Shown one piece after another: positions 51,894-63,892 of a DNA stretch of 64,000 nt. A model generated the notes under the pieces. It worked only from the letters and a program-made list of their open reading frames with translations. It was not told the DNA's origin and searched no databases. The stretch's first letter is position 1. The number at the start of each line of letters is the position of its first letter. Source of the DNA: an uncultured Gammaproteobacteria bacterium (GTDB taxonomy: Bacteria > Pseudomonadota > Gammaproteobacteria > Pseudomonadales > UBA5518); the NCBI GenBank assembly GCA_963819895.1, contig CAWFXU010000013.1:172447-236446 (forward strand), given 5' to 3'. Both the position numbers and the translations under genes were made by a program.

Positions 51894-53338
51894 TCAGGTC
51901 GCGTGGCTGTCCGGTGTGACACGGCCATGCAGCCAGTTGACCGTCACCGCCAGCGCGGCAACGAAGCCCAGCGTGCCGAGCACCAGAAACAGGCGGTTCG
52001 CGCCGTCGATCCAGGCCCCGTAGATCAGCCCCGCCGCAATGCTGAACAGCGCGACCCAGCCCACGTAGGCTGCGGTCTTGGGGCGTCCGATCACGGCGGC
52101 AATCATCAGCATGCTCTGCAGACTGAGCTCGGGGTCGGCCATCAGGTAAGCCAGTAGCGGCCCCGGGTGCATGCCGAGGTCGGGAACATGCGCGCCACCG
52201 GCACTTCCACCAGCGACGGGAAGTACATGAACACGCCGAACACCACGGCCACGGCGTTGGCGCGCAGATCATTCTGCCCCGCCAGTGACTCGATCCACTC
52301 GGGGCGGATGATCTGCCGCGCCACGCCCACCAGGAACACGCCGGCGAGCAGCAGCGGGAAGATCTGCTTCACGAAGCGCCAGGATTCCCACAGCCACGAG
52401 CGCCACAGTTCGGTATCCAGTCGTCTCGCATAATGGAATATGGCAAACAGTGCTGCCGCCTCCGCGCAGACGCGCCCCGTGATTTCCAGCACCAGCCCGC
52501 CGTCGCGCGCCTCGAGTCCCAAAGTCGCCAGGAGCAACGTCGCCGCTGTGAAGCCCAGCGCGATCCACGTCCAGCGGTTGGCGCCCTCGACGATGTCGTC
52601 AAGGCCTTGCTTGGCGCTCGCCGCGATCAGCACCAGCAGCATGATGAGCACCGAGCCCTGGAAACTGACCCCTTCCTCTCCCTTTGCGGCGTCGAACGGT
52701 ACCCAGCGAAACAGCAGGTCCTGCCACGCTTCGGCCCACGATAGCGGCAGGTGCACCGAGGCAATCGTGGCGGTGAGCGGCCAGAGTTTCAGCGTGCCGG
52801 CCACCAGAAGCGCCAGCAGCGACAGCAGCAGCCGCGTGGCCATCGGGTCGATGCGGGCCTGCTCCGCGAACATCGCATCGGTCTGCTGGTCGTGGCGTAT
52901 GTCGTCTCGCCAGAACAGCAGTGCCATCAGCAGACCGATGCCGATGCCGAACAGCAGGCACAGCAGGAAGCGCGCGGCCGCGAACTCCAGCCCGAGCACG
53001 CTGCCGGTGTAGGCGATTGCCATGATGTTACCTGCCGGCGCAAAGAACAGGAATGTCATGGCCGGCCCTATGCCGGCTCCCTTGCGGTAAACGCCCGCAA
53101 ATAGCGGGACTATGGTGCAGGAACACACCGCGAGCAGCGAGCCCGCGGCTGCCGCCGGATACGAGATGTAGCCGGGCGTGCCACGCCCGAGCCAGCGCGT
53201 GATGCTTTGCTTGGGGATCAGCGCAGCCATCGCGCCGGCGATGAAGAACGCCGGCACCAGGCACAGCAACACATGCGCCGCGAGATAGGCAGCAAGATTG
53301 CCGAGACCGCCGTTGATCAATTGCAATGCATAGTCCAT
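51894..53338 (-). pseudogene. enlarged ArsP-like permease, copy 2; one frameshift near 52182
   Basis: ORF 52142..53338 aligns residue for residue with copy 1 up to VEVPVARMF. The continuation (HPGPLLAYLMADPELSLQSML...VNWLHGRVTPDSHAT) is in ORF 51894..52172. Copy 1 has GGTCGAGGAACATG where copy 2 has GGTCGGGAACATG. Confidence 0.8.
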
Positions 53339-53422
53339 GGCTTGCAGTCTCCGCTTGTCGGCTTCTCAGCTTCGGGACCCGCAGTCTGTGCCGCGGATGG
53401 TGGGTTTAGGTCATCGCGCCAC

Positions 53423-54442
<1,020 letters not shown>

Positions 54443-54564
54443 GCGGCGGACTCCCCCTTGTCGAATGTGCCGATCCCGTCGCTGCGCACTTGTCGAATGT
54501 GTCGATCCCGTTCGCTGCGCGCGCCGCTGGTTGCTGGTGGTGCACCGTGGTCGACGCCTCCCGT

Positions 54565-55755
54565 TCACGGATGCCGCGGCAGCGCGACCGAGATCAGCGC
54601 GCCGCGCCACGAAGGCCGACGAGATCCACAGGCAGGCGGCGAGTCCGGCGACCTGGATAGACCCAGCCCGACAGCACGGTGCCGAGCAGGCGGCCCATGG
54701 CGTTGGCCATGTAGTAGAAGCCCGACGTCCAGCGACACGCCGTCTTCGCGTGGCGTAGCTGACGATCAGGTAGCTGTGCAGCGACGAGTTGATCGCGAAC
54801 AGCACGCCGAACAGCGAGCAGGCCCGCCGACCAGCACCAGTCTGCGGATCGAGGCTGCGCCAGCACGAGCGCGATGACGGCCGGCAGCGACGCGCCAGCG
54901 CGAGCGCCCAGACCAACGCGCTGCGGCCATCGGGCAGCTGCCGTGCGCCGCCGGTGAACCGCGGCGCCAGCGACTGCACCGCGCCGTAGCCGATCACCCA
55001 GCAGCGCGAGGAAGCCGCCGACCCGCCAGAAACTCCAGCCCAGCGTCTGCCGCCAGGAACACCGGCAGCGCCACCACGAACCAGACATCGCGCGCGCCGA
55101 ACAGGAACAGGCGCGCCGCCGACAGCAGATTGATCGCGCGGCTCTTGGAAAGCATGTCGCGGAACTTCGGCTTGTTCCTCGCCTTGCCCAGATCCTGTCG
55201 CAGCAGTCAGCAGGCTGCCGCAGCCAGACCAGCGCCAGCGCCGCGGCCATCGCGCGCCACCGCGCCGCGAAACCGACCAGCGCGCAGCAGCGCGCCGCCG
55301 AGGAAGAACCCGACGCCCTTGAGCGCGTTCTTCGAGCCGGTCAGCAGCCGCCACCCAGCGATACAGCGCGCCCTGCTGGTCGCCCGGCACCAGCAGCTTG
55401 ATGCTGCTCTTGGCGCTCATCTTGTTGAGGTCCTTGGCGATGCCCGACAGCGCCTGCGCCGCCATCACCCAGGGCACCGTCAGCCAGGCGCGCGGGCACC
55501 AGCAGCATCAGCGAGCGCGACCACCTGCAGCCCGAGGCCGATCTTCATGGTGCGATTCAGGCCCAGCCGCGCGCCGAGCCAGCCGCCGACCAGGTTGGTG
55601 ACCACGCCGAAGAATTCGTAGAACAGAAACAGCAGCGCGACCTGCAGCGGCGCGTAGCCCAGCTGATGGAAGTGCAGCACCACCAGCATGCGCAGCGCGC
55701 CGTCGGTGAGGGTGAACGCCCAGTAGTTGCCGGTGACCAGCAGGTATTGGCGCAC
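54565..55755 (-). pseudogene. arsJ: ArsJ-type MFS organoarsenical efflux permease; about 6 frameshifts
   Basis: GTG 55755 reads MRQYLLVTGNYWAFTLTDGALRMLVVLHFHQLGYAPLQVALLFLFYEFFGVVTNLVGGWLGARLGLNRTM. Later fragments are [47 protein letters not shown] and [12 protein letters not shown]. The reconstructed end is [11 protein letters not shown], with TGA at 54565-54567. Confidence 0.75.
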
Positions 55756-55782
55756 TGCGCGCGAGATGCGTGGCCATCGCGC

Positions 55783-56798
55783 TCAGCGACCGCCGCCGAC
55801 CATGCGCGCCAGCTCCACCGTGCGGTTCACGTAGCCCCACTCGTTGTCGTACCAGGCGTAGATCTTCACCTGCGTGCCGTTGATCACCATGGTCGACAGC
55901 GCATCGACGATGCTCGAGCGCGGATCGCTGCGGTAGTCGATCGACACCAGCGGCCGCTCCTCGTAGCCGAGGATGCCCCGCAGCGCGCCGTCGGCGGCGG
56001 CTTGCAGCAGCGCATTGACCTCCTCCACCGTGGTGGCGCGCTCGACCTCGAACACGCAGTCGGTCAGCGAGGCATTGGCCAGCGGCACGCGCACGGCGTG
56101 GCCGTTCAGGCGGCCCTTGCAGCTCCGGGAAGATCTCGGCGATGGCGGTGGCCGAGCCGGTGGTGGTCGGGATCAGGCTGCATGCCGCAGGCGCGCGCGC
56201 GGCGCAGATCCTTGTGCGGCGCGTCGAGGATCACCTGGGTGTTGGTGAGGTCGTGGATGGTGGTGATGGCGCCGTGGCGGATGCCGAGACTCTCGTGGAT
56301 CACCTTCACCACCGGCGCCAGGCAGTTGGTGGTGCAGGAGGCGGCGGTGACGATGCGGTGCCGCGCCGGATCGTAAGCGTGGTGGTTGACGCCCATCACG
56401 ACATTGAGCGCGCCGCCGTCCTTCACCGGCGCCGTGACCACCACGCGCTTCACGCCCTGGTCGAGATAGGGCTGCAGCACCGCCTCGGTCTTCGAACTTG
56501 CCGCGAGGCTTCGATCACCACGTCGCAGCCCGACCAGTCGGTGCTCGGCGATGGCCTTGTTGCGGGTGAAGCCGGATGCGCTGTGCCATCGATCACCATC
56601 GCATCGCCGTCGGCGCTGCGCCTCGTGCTTCCAGCGGCCGTGCACCGAATCGAAGTTCAGCAGGTGCGCGCAGCGTGGCCGGCATCGCCGGCCGGATCGT
56701 TGATCTGCACGAATGCAATGTCCGGGTCAGCCCCAGGCCGCGCGCAGCGCCAGGCGACCCATGCGGCCGAAGCCGTTGATGCCGATTTTGATGCTCAT
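55783..56798 (-). pseudogene. gap: glyceraldehyde-3-phosphate dehydrogenase (ars-associated paralogue); about 6 frameshifts
   Basis: It reads MSIKIGINGFGRMGRL, NFDSVHGRW, IVTAASCTTNCLAPVVKV (catalytic Cys), [30 protein letters not shown]. The ATG overlaps the arsR TGA (ATGA). Confidence 0.9.
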
Positions 56799-57161
56799 GG
56801 TGATGCTCCTGGCGTTGCGCAACAGCTTTGCTGGCGTGCCGGGCGGCTGCCCATGCGCTCGAGATTCCTGAGATTGGGCCGCACGAAAGCCGCGTTGGCG
56901 CGCGCGGTTTCGTCGAGCACCGCGCGCGCCCAGGCAGGCAACAGCGGGTGGATCCGGTAGAACACCCATTGGCCCTGGCGGCGGTCCGCCGAGCAGCCCG
57001 CACTTGCGCAACTGCGCGAGGTGGCGCCGAACCTTGGGCTGAGATCTCGCCGAGTGCCGCGGTGAGCTCGCACACGCAGAGCTCCTCCTCTTCGTGGACA
57101 GCAGCCGGCATCTCAACCGCGTGGCGTCGGCGAGGCATTTGTAGAAGTCGACAGGCTGCAC
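56795..57161 (-). pseudogene. arsR: ArsR/SmtB-family metalloregulator; about 2 frameshifts
   Basis: GTG 57161 follows AGGAG. It reads MQPVDFYKCLADATRLR, then EEELCVCELTAALGE (ELCVC As(III) site), then SQPKVSRHLAQLRKCGLL and DRRQGQWVFYRI, in three frames. Confidence 0.8.
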
Positions 57162-57180
57162 GCGGGCTCCTGTAGTGGGT

Positions 57181-57226
57181 CCGTATACGGTCGCAATTGT
57201 ATACGGAAAATCGTATATGTGTGCAA
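57181..57226 (-). promoter_or_regulatory. candidate arsR promoter with TATAC-repeat operator
   Basis: On the minus strand: TTGCAC (57226-57221), 17 nt spacer, TATACA (57203-57198). There are three TATAC cores, including the perfect palindrome CCGTATACGG (57181-57190) just downstream of the -10. This is the only AT-rich patch in the arsR/ligase divergent region. Confidence 0.4.
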
Positions 57227-57365
57227 GGCTCCATGGCGCGTCCCGTGCCCGGCAACTCTGCGCGCGCCGTCACGGCAGCAGCGACTGTGGCCGCTGCGGG
57301 ACGCATGCTGCTAGACTCGGCCAGACCATGTCATCCCGTCACGCTGAACCGAAACGGTGCCACAC

Positions 57366-59020
57366 ATGCAGACTGCTTCGCCGCAACGGATAGCGCACTA
57401 CCGCTCGCTCGGATGGTGGGGTGACACCACGACCTGGCAGCTCTTCGAGCAGGCCGCGGCGGCCGCCCCGGAGGCCATCGCGCTGCTCGACCCCGCCAAT
57501 CGCCAGGCGTTCACGCGCGGCGCTCCGCTCGCCCTGTCGTGGGGCGAGCTGCGCCGGCGCGTGCTGGCGCTGGCCGGCGAGTTGAAGAAGGACGGCATTG
57601 CGAGCGGCGACGTGGTGGTGCTGCAGTTGCCGAATACCGTGGAGTCGATCGTGAGCTACCTCGCGCTCGCGGCGCTCGGTGCCGTCGTGAGCCCGGTGCC
57701 GATGCAGTACGGGTTGCACGAGCTGCGCGAGATCGCGCACCGGCTGCATCCGCGCGCCTTCCTCGCGGCGGCGCACTTCAAGGGCGAGGATTTCACCGCG
57801 CGGCACGCCGGCGCCTTCGCCCCGGATACGCGCCTGATCGCGCTCGACCAGGAACTGATCGCCGCCAACGGGCCTGTCGACGAGGCCGTGATCGCGCGCG
57901 AGCTCTCTGCCGATGCCGTGTACACGATCTGCTGGACCTCGGGCACCACCGGCACGCCCAAGGGCGTGCCGCGCAGCCACAATCAGTGGCTGGCGCAGAC
58001 GCTGGCGATGCACGGCATCGGCCTCGAGACCGGCATGACGATGCTGTGCCCGTTCCCGATGGTGAACATGGCCAGCATCACCGGTTTCTTCTTCCCGTGG
58101 CTGCAGCTGCGGCGGCAGGCTGGTGCTGCACCATCCGATGGATCTCGGCGGTGTTCCTCGCGCAGATCCGCGACGAGCGCGTGCAGTACACGATCGCGCC
58201 GCCGGCGGTGCTGAACATGCTGCTCGCGAAGCGCGAGCTGCTGGCGGACGCGGACCTCTCCAGCCTGAAGCTGGTCGCTTCGGGCAGCGCGCCGCTCGCG
58301 CCGTCCATGGTGCGCGCCTTCCAGCAGGAGTTCGGCATCGTGGTGGTGAACATCTTCGGCTCGAACGAGGGCATGGCCTTCGCGTCCTCGGGCGTCGACG
58401 TGCCCGATCCCGAGCAGAGGGCCGCGCTGTTCCCGCGATTCGGCGTCGAGGGCCTCGAGTGGTCGAACCCGATCGCGGCGCGGATGCGCTCGCGGCTGGT
58501 CGACACCGACAGCGGCGAGGTGATCATGGAAGCGGGACGTCCCGGCGAGATGCAGATCCAGGGGCCGAACGTGATCGATGGCTATTTCGACGCCCCCGAG
58601 GGGAGTGCCGAGGCGTTCACCGCCGACGGCTGGTTCCGCAGCGGCGACCTGTTCGAGATCGCGGCCGAAGCGCCGCGCTTTTACCGCTTCCTGGGACGCT
58701 GCAAGGACATCATCATCCGCGGCGGCGTGAAGATCTCTCCGGACGAGCTCGACACGCTGCTCGGCGCGCATCCGCGCATCGCGGAGGTGGCCGTCACGGG
58801 CTATCCCGACGCGATAATGGGCGAGCGGATCTGTGCCGTGGTGGTGCCGAAGCCCGGCGAGTCGCTCGTGCTGGACGACATCACGCGCCACCTCGAGCAG
58901 ATGCGCGTCGCGCGCAACAAGCTGCCGGAGAAACTCGTGCTCGTGGACGCGCTACCGCGCAACCCGCTCGGCAAGGTGGTGCGCGCCGCATTGCGCGGCT
59001 TGGTCACCGAGGAAATGTAG
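57366..59020 (+). pseudogene. AMP-dependent synthetase/acyl-CoA ligase; two frameshifts near 58110 and 58150
   Basis: It reads ICWTSGTTGTPKGVPRSH, then LVLHHPMDLG in a second frame, then VQYTIAPPAVLNML...FGSNEG...FRSGDLFEI...RCKDIIIRGGVKISP...LPRNPLGKVVR. Confidence 0.85.
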
Positions 59021-59029
59021 GCCTCGATT

Positions 59030-59117
59030 CCTGTGGGTCGCCATTCCTGTGGGTCGGCATTCATGCCGACTTGTGCCTTTCCGAAAGCTCCTGTCGCCAT
59101 AAATGGCGACCCACAAG
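59030..59117. repeat. nested palindromic REP/BIME-like element
   Basis: The outer inverted repeat is CCTGTGGGTCGCCAT (59030-59044) with ATGGCGACCCACAAG (59103-59117). The inner units are CCTGTGGGTCGGCATTCATGCCGACTTGTGCC (59046-59077) and GTCGCCATAAATGGCGAC. The inner pair matches the doublet at 39485-39547. Confidence 0.65.
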
Positions 59118-59174
59118 AATTCCGACTCACATCAATGTCGACCTGAATTGCCATATGCAACACAAGGAGGATCA

Positions 59175-59996
59175 ATGCAGATCACGGGACTCGAAGGCAA
59201 GGTTGCGGTCGTGACCGGCGCGGGACGCATGCGCTCGATCGGTCGGCCCATCGCGGTCGAGCTCGCGCGCGCCGGCTGCGACATCGTGCTGACCGGCACG
59301 GGGCGCGCGCCCGAGCGCTATCCCGAGCACGAGCGCGCCGTAGGCTGGCATGACATCGAGTCGGTGGCCGGGGAAGTGCGCGCGCTGGGCCGGCGCGCGC
59401 TCGCGCTGGTCAGCGACGTCGCGGACCCCGCCGCGGTGGACGCGCTGCTCGCGCGCACGCTGGCGGAGTTCGGCCGCGTCGACATCGTGGTGAACAATGC
59501 CGGTGCCGCACGCGGCGAGGACCGCGCCGCGATCGTGGACCTGTCGATAGAGGCCTGGCGCACCGTGATCGACGTGAACCTGAACGGCACCTTCTACATG
59601 AGTCGCGCCTTCGGCCGCGCGCTGATCGCGCAGGGATGCGGCGGCAGCATCGTCAACATCTCCTCCGTGGGCGGCAAGATGATGGCGGCGCAGACCGCGG
59701 CGTACGCAGCGTCCAAGGCGGGCATCCACGCGCTCACCTGCGCGATGGCGGCCGAGATCGGGCCGCACGGCGTGCGCGTCAACGCGGTGTGCCCCGGCAT
59801 CATCGACACCTACCGCATGGACGACGTCGGCCGCGGCGAGCAGTGGGACAGGATGATCGAGGGCTACGTGCCGCTGCGCCGCGCCGGCACCGGGCTCGAC
59901 GTGGCCAACATGGTCGTCTACCTCTGCAGCGAACAGGGCTCGTGGATCAGCGGGCAGCTCTACAGCGTCGACGGGGGCATGGTGCCGGGGCGCTGA
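59175..59996 (+). CDS. short-chain dehydrogenase/reductase (SDR)
   Basis: ATG 59175 follows AAGGAGG. It reads VAVVTGAGRMRSIG, NNAG, SSVGG, YAASKAG (YxxxK), and PGIIDT. Confidence 0.85.
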   Translation: MQITGLEGKVAVVTGAGRMRSIGRPIAVELARAGCDIVLTGTGRAPERYPEHERAVGWHDIESVAGEVRALGRRALALVSDVADPAAVDALLARTLAEFGRVDIVVNNAGAARGEDRAAIVDLSIEAWRTVIDVNLNGTFYMSRAFGRALIAQGCGGSIVNISSVGGKMMAAQTAAYAASKAGIHALTCAMAAEIGPHGVRVNAVCPGIIDTYRMDDVGRGEQWDRMIEGYVPLRRAGTGLDVANMVVYLCSEQGSWISGQLYSVDGGMVPGR

Positions 59997-60061
59997 GCCG
60001 GCGGTTTGCCTGCACAGGTCGGATCGCGCGGCTTTCCGGGGCTGAGAGGAAATTGTCGTCC

Positions 60062-61329
60062 GTGGAAAACGCAACCTACATTCTCGGCGGCTACCAGACC
60101 GATTTCGCGCGCGCATGGTCGCGCGAGGGGCTCGACATCTCCGACATGGTCCGCGAGGCCACGCTCGGCGCGCTGCACAACTGCCGCCTCGACGCGCAGG
60201 ACCTGCGCTCCATCCACGTGGGCAATGCCTTCGGCGAGGCGCAGCGCCGGCAGGGTCATCTCGGCGCGATGGTCGCGCAGGTGGTGCCCGCACTGTGGGG
60301 CGTGCCCGCGATGCGCCACGAGGGCGCCTGCGCCTCGAGCTCGCTGGCGGTGCTGGCGGCGATGGCCGAGATCGAGGCCGGGCGCTACGACTGCGTGCTG
60401 GTGCTGGGCGTCGAGGAGTTCCGCAACCTGCCGGGCGACAGGGCCTCGCAGAACCAGAATTCCGCCGCCTGGGCCGGTCACGAGGACATCGAATGCCGCT
60501 ACATGTGGCCCGCGGTGTTCGGCCTGCTCGCCGCGGAGTACGAGCGCCGCTACGGGCTGGATCGTCGCTACCTCAACCGCATCGCCGAGATCAATTACGG
60601 CAACGCCAGGCGCAACCCGCTGGCGCAGACGCGTGCCTGGCAGTTCAAGGCGAACAGTTTCACCGATGACGACGAGGCGAACCCGCTGATCGAGCCGGGC
60701 ATGCGTCGCCAGGACTGCGGCCAGATCACCGACGGCGCCTGCGCGCTGGTGCTGGCCTCGGGGGGGTTCGCGGCCCGGCACGCCGCGCGCCGCGGCGCGA
60801 GCCTCGAGCAACTGCCGCGGATCCAGGGTTGGGGTCATCGCAACGCGGGGCTGCGCTACCACGACAAGATCGCGCGCAGCCGCGACGAGGCGCTGGTCTT
60901 CCCGCACGTGCGCGACACCATCACGGATGCCTTTCGCCGCGCGGGCATCGAGGGCGTGGGCCAACTGGACGGCATCGAGACGCACGACTGCTTCTCGGTG
61001 ACCGAATACATGGCGCTCGACCACTTCGGCATCACCCCGCCGGGGCAGTCCTGGCAGGCCATCGAGAGCGGCCTGATCGAGCGCGGCGGCAGGCTACCGG
61101 TCAACCCGGCGGCGGCCTCATCGGCTGCGGCCACCCGGTCGGCGCGACCGGCGCGCGCATGCTGTTCGATGCGGCGAGACAGGTCACGGGGCAGGCGGGC
61201 GAGATGCAGGTCGAGGGCGCGCGGCGCTTCGCGACGCTGAACATCGGCGGCTCCTGCGCGACGGTGGCGAGCTTCGTCGTCGGCGTCGACGCCTGCGATT
61301 GGGCGTCGCGGCCTCATTCGTTGGCATGA
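60062..61329 (+). pseudogene. thiolase-like (lipid-transfer/SCP-x type) protein; one frameshift near 61105
   Basis: GTG 60062 follows GAGAGGA. It reads ATYILGGYQTDFAR, AMRHEGACASSSLAVLAA (Cys), [12 protein letters not shown]. After the shift it reads [18 protein letters not shown]...LNIGGSCAT. Confidence 0.8.
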
Positions 61330-61460
61330 GGTGCAGGTGCGCACGGAGCTAGGCTCTGGAGCGCCAGTGTTCCATCGAAGTCACGGGAGGATTTCGCGTT
61401 TCGTTGCAGTCCTGGCGTTTCCACCATAGAAGACAGATTCATAAAAGGGGCTGACTCGAC

Positions 61461-63834
61461 ATGAAGAAGACTGAACTTGCCGTGAGGATTGCGCTGCGCG
61501 TCGGCGCTGTACGCCGGCGCTGCCGCTGCTTCGCGCAGGAGGCGGGCGATGACGGGCCGCAGCGCGCAGCTCGAGGAGATCGTGGTGACCGCGCAGAAGC
61601 GCGAGGAGAACCTGCAGACGGTGCCGATCGCGGTGACGGCGCTGGGCACGGACGATGCTGGAGAGCTTCCGCGTCACCGACATCCAGGACCTGAACGGCC
61701 TGGCGCCGAACCTCGAGATGATCGACCAGGGCGTGCGCTCGATCCCCACCATCACGATCCGCGGCATCTCGCTCCGGGTATCGAACAACGCCGTCGATCC
61801 CAGGTCGGCATGCTACCTCGACGGCGTCTACGTCGGGCGGCAGCGGCGGCGCGATCTTCGACATGGCCGACATCGAGCGCGTGGAGGTGCTGCGCGGCCC
61901 GCAGGGCACGCTGTTCGGCCGCAACGCCACGGGCGGCGCGATCAGCATGATCACCTCGTCCCCGACCGGCGAGTTCGGCCTGAAGCAGGATCTCTCGGTC
62001 GGCAGCAACGACGCCTTCCGCGCGCGCACGAACCTGAACCTGCCGGCGTGGGGCCCGCTCAGCGTGAAGATCTCCTACCTGCACGACGAGGACGAGGGCA
62101 CCGCGGACAACCTGATCGGCGGCCAGCGCATCGACCTGCGTCCCTTCGATCCCGACCTCGGCGTGCTGAGGTACGAGGATGATCTCGGCAGCGAGGACAC
62201 CGACGCCTTCATGTTCGCCGCGCGGCTGCGCGATCAGCGACGAGCTGACGGTCGACTACAAGTACGACCGCACCGACAGCGACACCGTGGGCAACCCCAC
62301 GCAGCAGCTCGGCATCACCGGCGGAGCGCTGCAGCCCCTGCTCGAGCTGATCGGTTCGCTGCAGCCGCTGTTCGGCGGCATCACCAATGTCAGCACCGAT
62401 CGGCTCGACGACGTCGCCGCCGCCACCAGCGTGCAGCCGCTCGAGGTATTCGGCCACAACCTGACGGTGAACTGGGACATCACGGAGGACGTGAACTTCA
62501 AGAGCATCACGGCCTGGCGCGAGATGGAGCAGGACCCGAACATCTACGACCTCGCGGCCACCGGTGGCTGGAAGTTCACGGCGGCCCAGCTGGCCGGCGC
62601 GCTGAGCGGCGACTACGGTGCCATCTTCAACCCGGCCAACGCACCGGGACCGAACGACTCGTTCTTCAACCTGCTGACCGCGCGCTCGACCTCGCAGCGC
62701 CAGTTCAGCCAGGAGCTCCAGCTCACGATCACCAAGGACCTGTTCGACCTGGTCGGCGGCATCTTCTACTTCACCGAGCACTCGCCGGGGCTCGATGCGC
62801 TGGGGATCATGAAGCCGATCACGAACGGCGTCGTCGAGCCGGCCTGGTTCGACAGCATTTTCGGCACCGGCACCAACGAATCGATCGCGGACAACGACTC
62901 GATCGCGATCTTCGCCCAGGGCACCTGGCATGCCACCGAGCAGCTCGACCTCACCGCGGGGATCCGCCACACCGAGGACGAGCGCGAGACCGAGATCGTG
63001 CAGGCCGCCGGCGCCGCCGCCGGTGGTGCGCTGCAGCCGGGCGTCTACGACACCGATTACGGCAAGACCAACTACACGCTGATCGCGAGCTATACGTTCA
63101 CCGAGGACCTGATGGCCTACGCCAAGGTCGCCACGGGTTATGTGGCCGGCGGCGTGATGAGCTCGATACCGTACGGCCCGGAGGAGGTCGACAGCTACGA
63201 GGCCGGCGTGAAGTCGCAGTTCTTCGACAACCGCCTGCGCATGAACGCCGTGGCCTACTACATGGATTACACCGACCTGCAGGTGCAGACCTTCATCGAC
63301 GGGGTGCAGAACTTCCAGAACGCCGGCGAGGCCGAGATCACGGGCCTGGAGCTGGAGGTCGACGCGGTGCCGCTCGACGGGCTGACGCTGAGCGGCACGC
63401 TGGGCTGGACCGACTTCGAGTACAAGGAGTTCCTGATGGGCGGCGTGGACATGGCGGACCGTACCGCAACATCTATACGCCGGAGTGGAACACGCGACTG
63501 TCGGCGCAGTACGACTTCGCCTCGCCCGGGTTTTGGCGGCACGCCCTACGTGCGCCTCGACAGCCGCTGGCGCGACGAGGCCGAGATCACGGCGCAGCCG
63601 CTCGCGGATCCGGTGCTCTCGGACATCGCGATCACCGATGCGCACTGGATCCTCGATGCGCGCGTCGGCATCGTGGACGTGCCCTTGAGCAACACCACGA
63701 TGGGCGTGTCGCTGTGGGCCAAGAACCTGCTGGACGAGGACGACATCATCGACTTCGGCCCGGAGGTGATCAACCAGACCGGCCAGTTCATCAACGAGCG
63801 CACCGTCGGCGTGGATTTCAGCATCAGCCTGTAA
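61461..63834 (+). pseudogene. TonB-dependent outer-membrane receptor 2; about 7 frameshifts
   Basis: It reads MKKTELAVRIAL, then the plug EEIVVTAQKREENLQTVPIAVTAL, IERVEVLRGPQGTLFGRNATGGAISM, in several frames. The long barrel ORF 62179..63834 follows (FSQELQL, IFAQGTWHATEQLDLTAGIRHT, VATGYVAGG, EITGLELE). A compensated pair lies near 63465-63535. Confidence 0.85.
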
Positions 63835-63854
63835 GGCCCGACGTCACGGAAAGA

Positions 63855-63892
63855 GCCCGGGCGCAAGCGATTGCGCCCGGGCCTTTCTCGTT
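63855..63892 (+). terminator. rho-independent terminator of receptor 2
   Basis: GCCCGGGCGCAA-GCGA-TTGCGCCCGGGC is followed by the T-rich CTTTCTCGTT, 20 nt after the stop. Confidence 0.65.
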
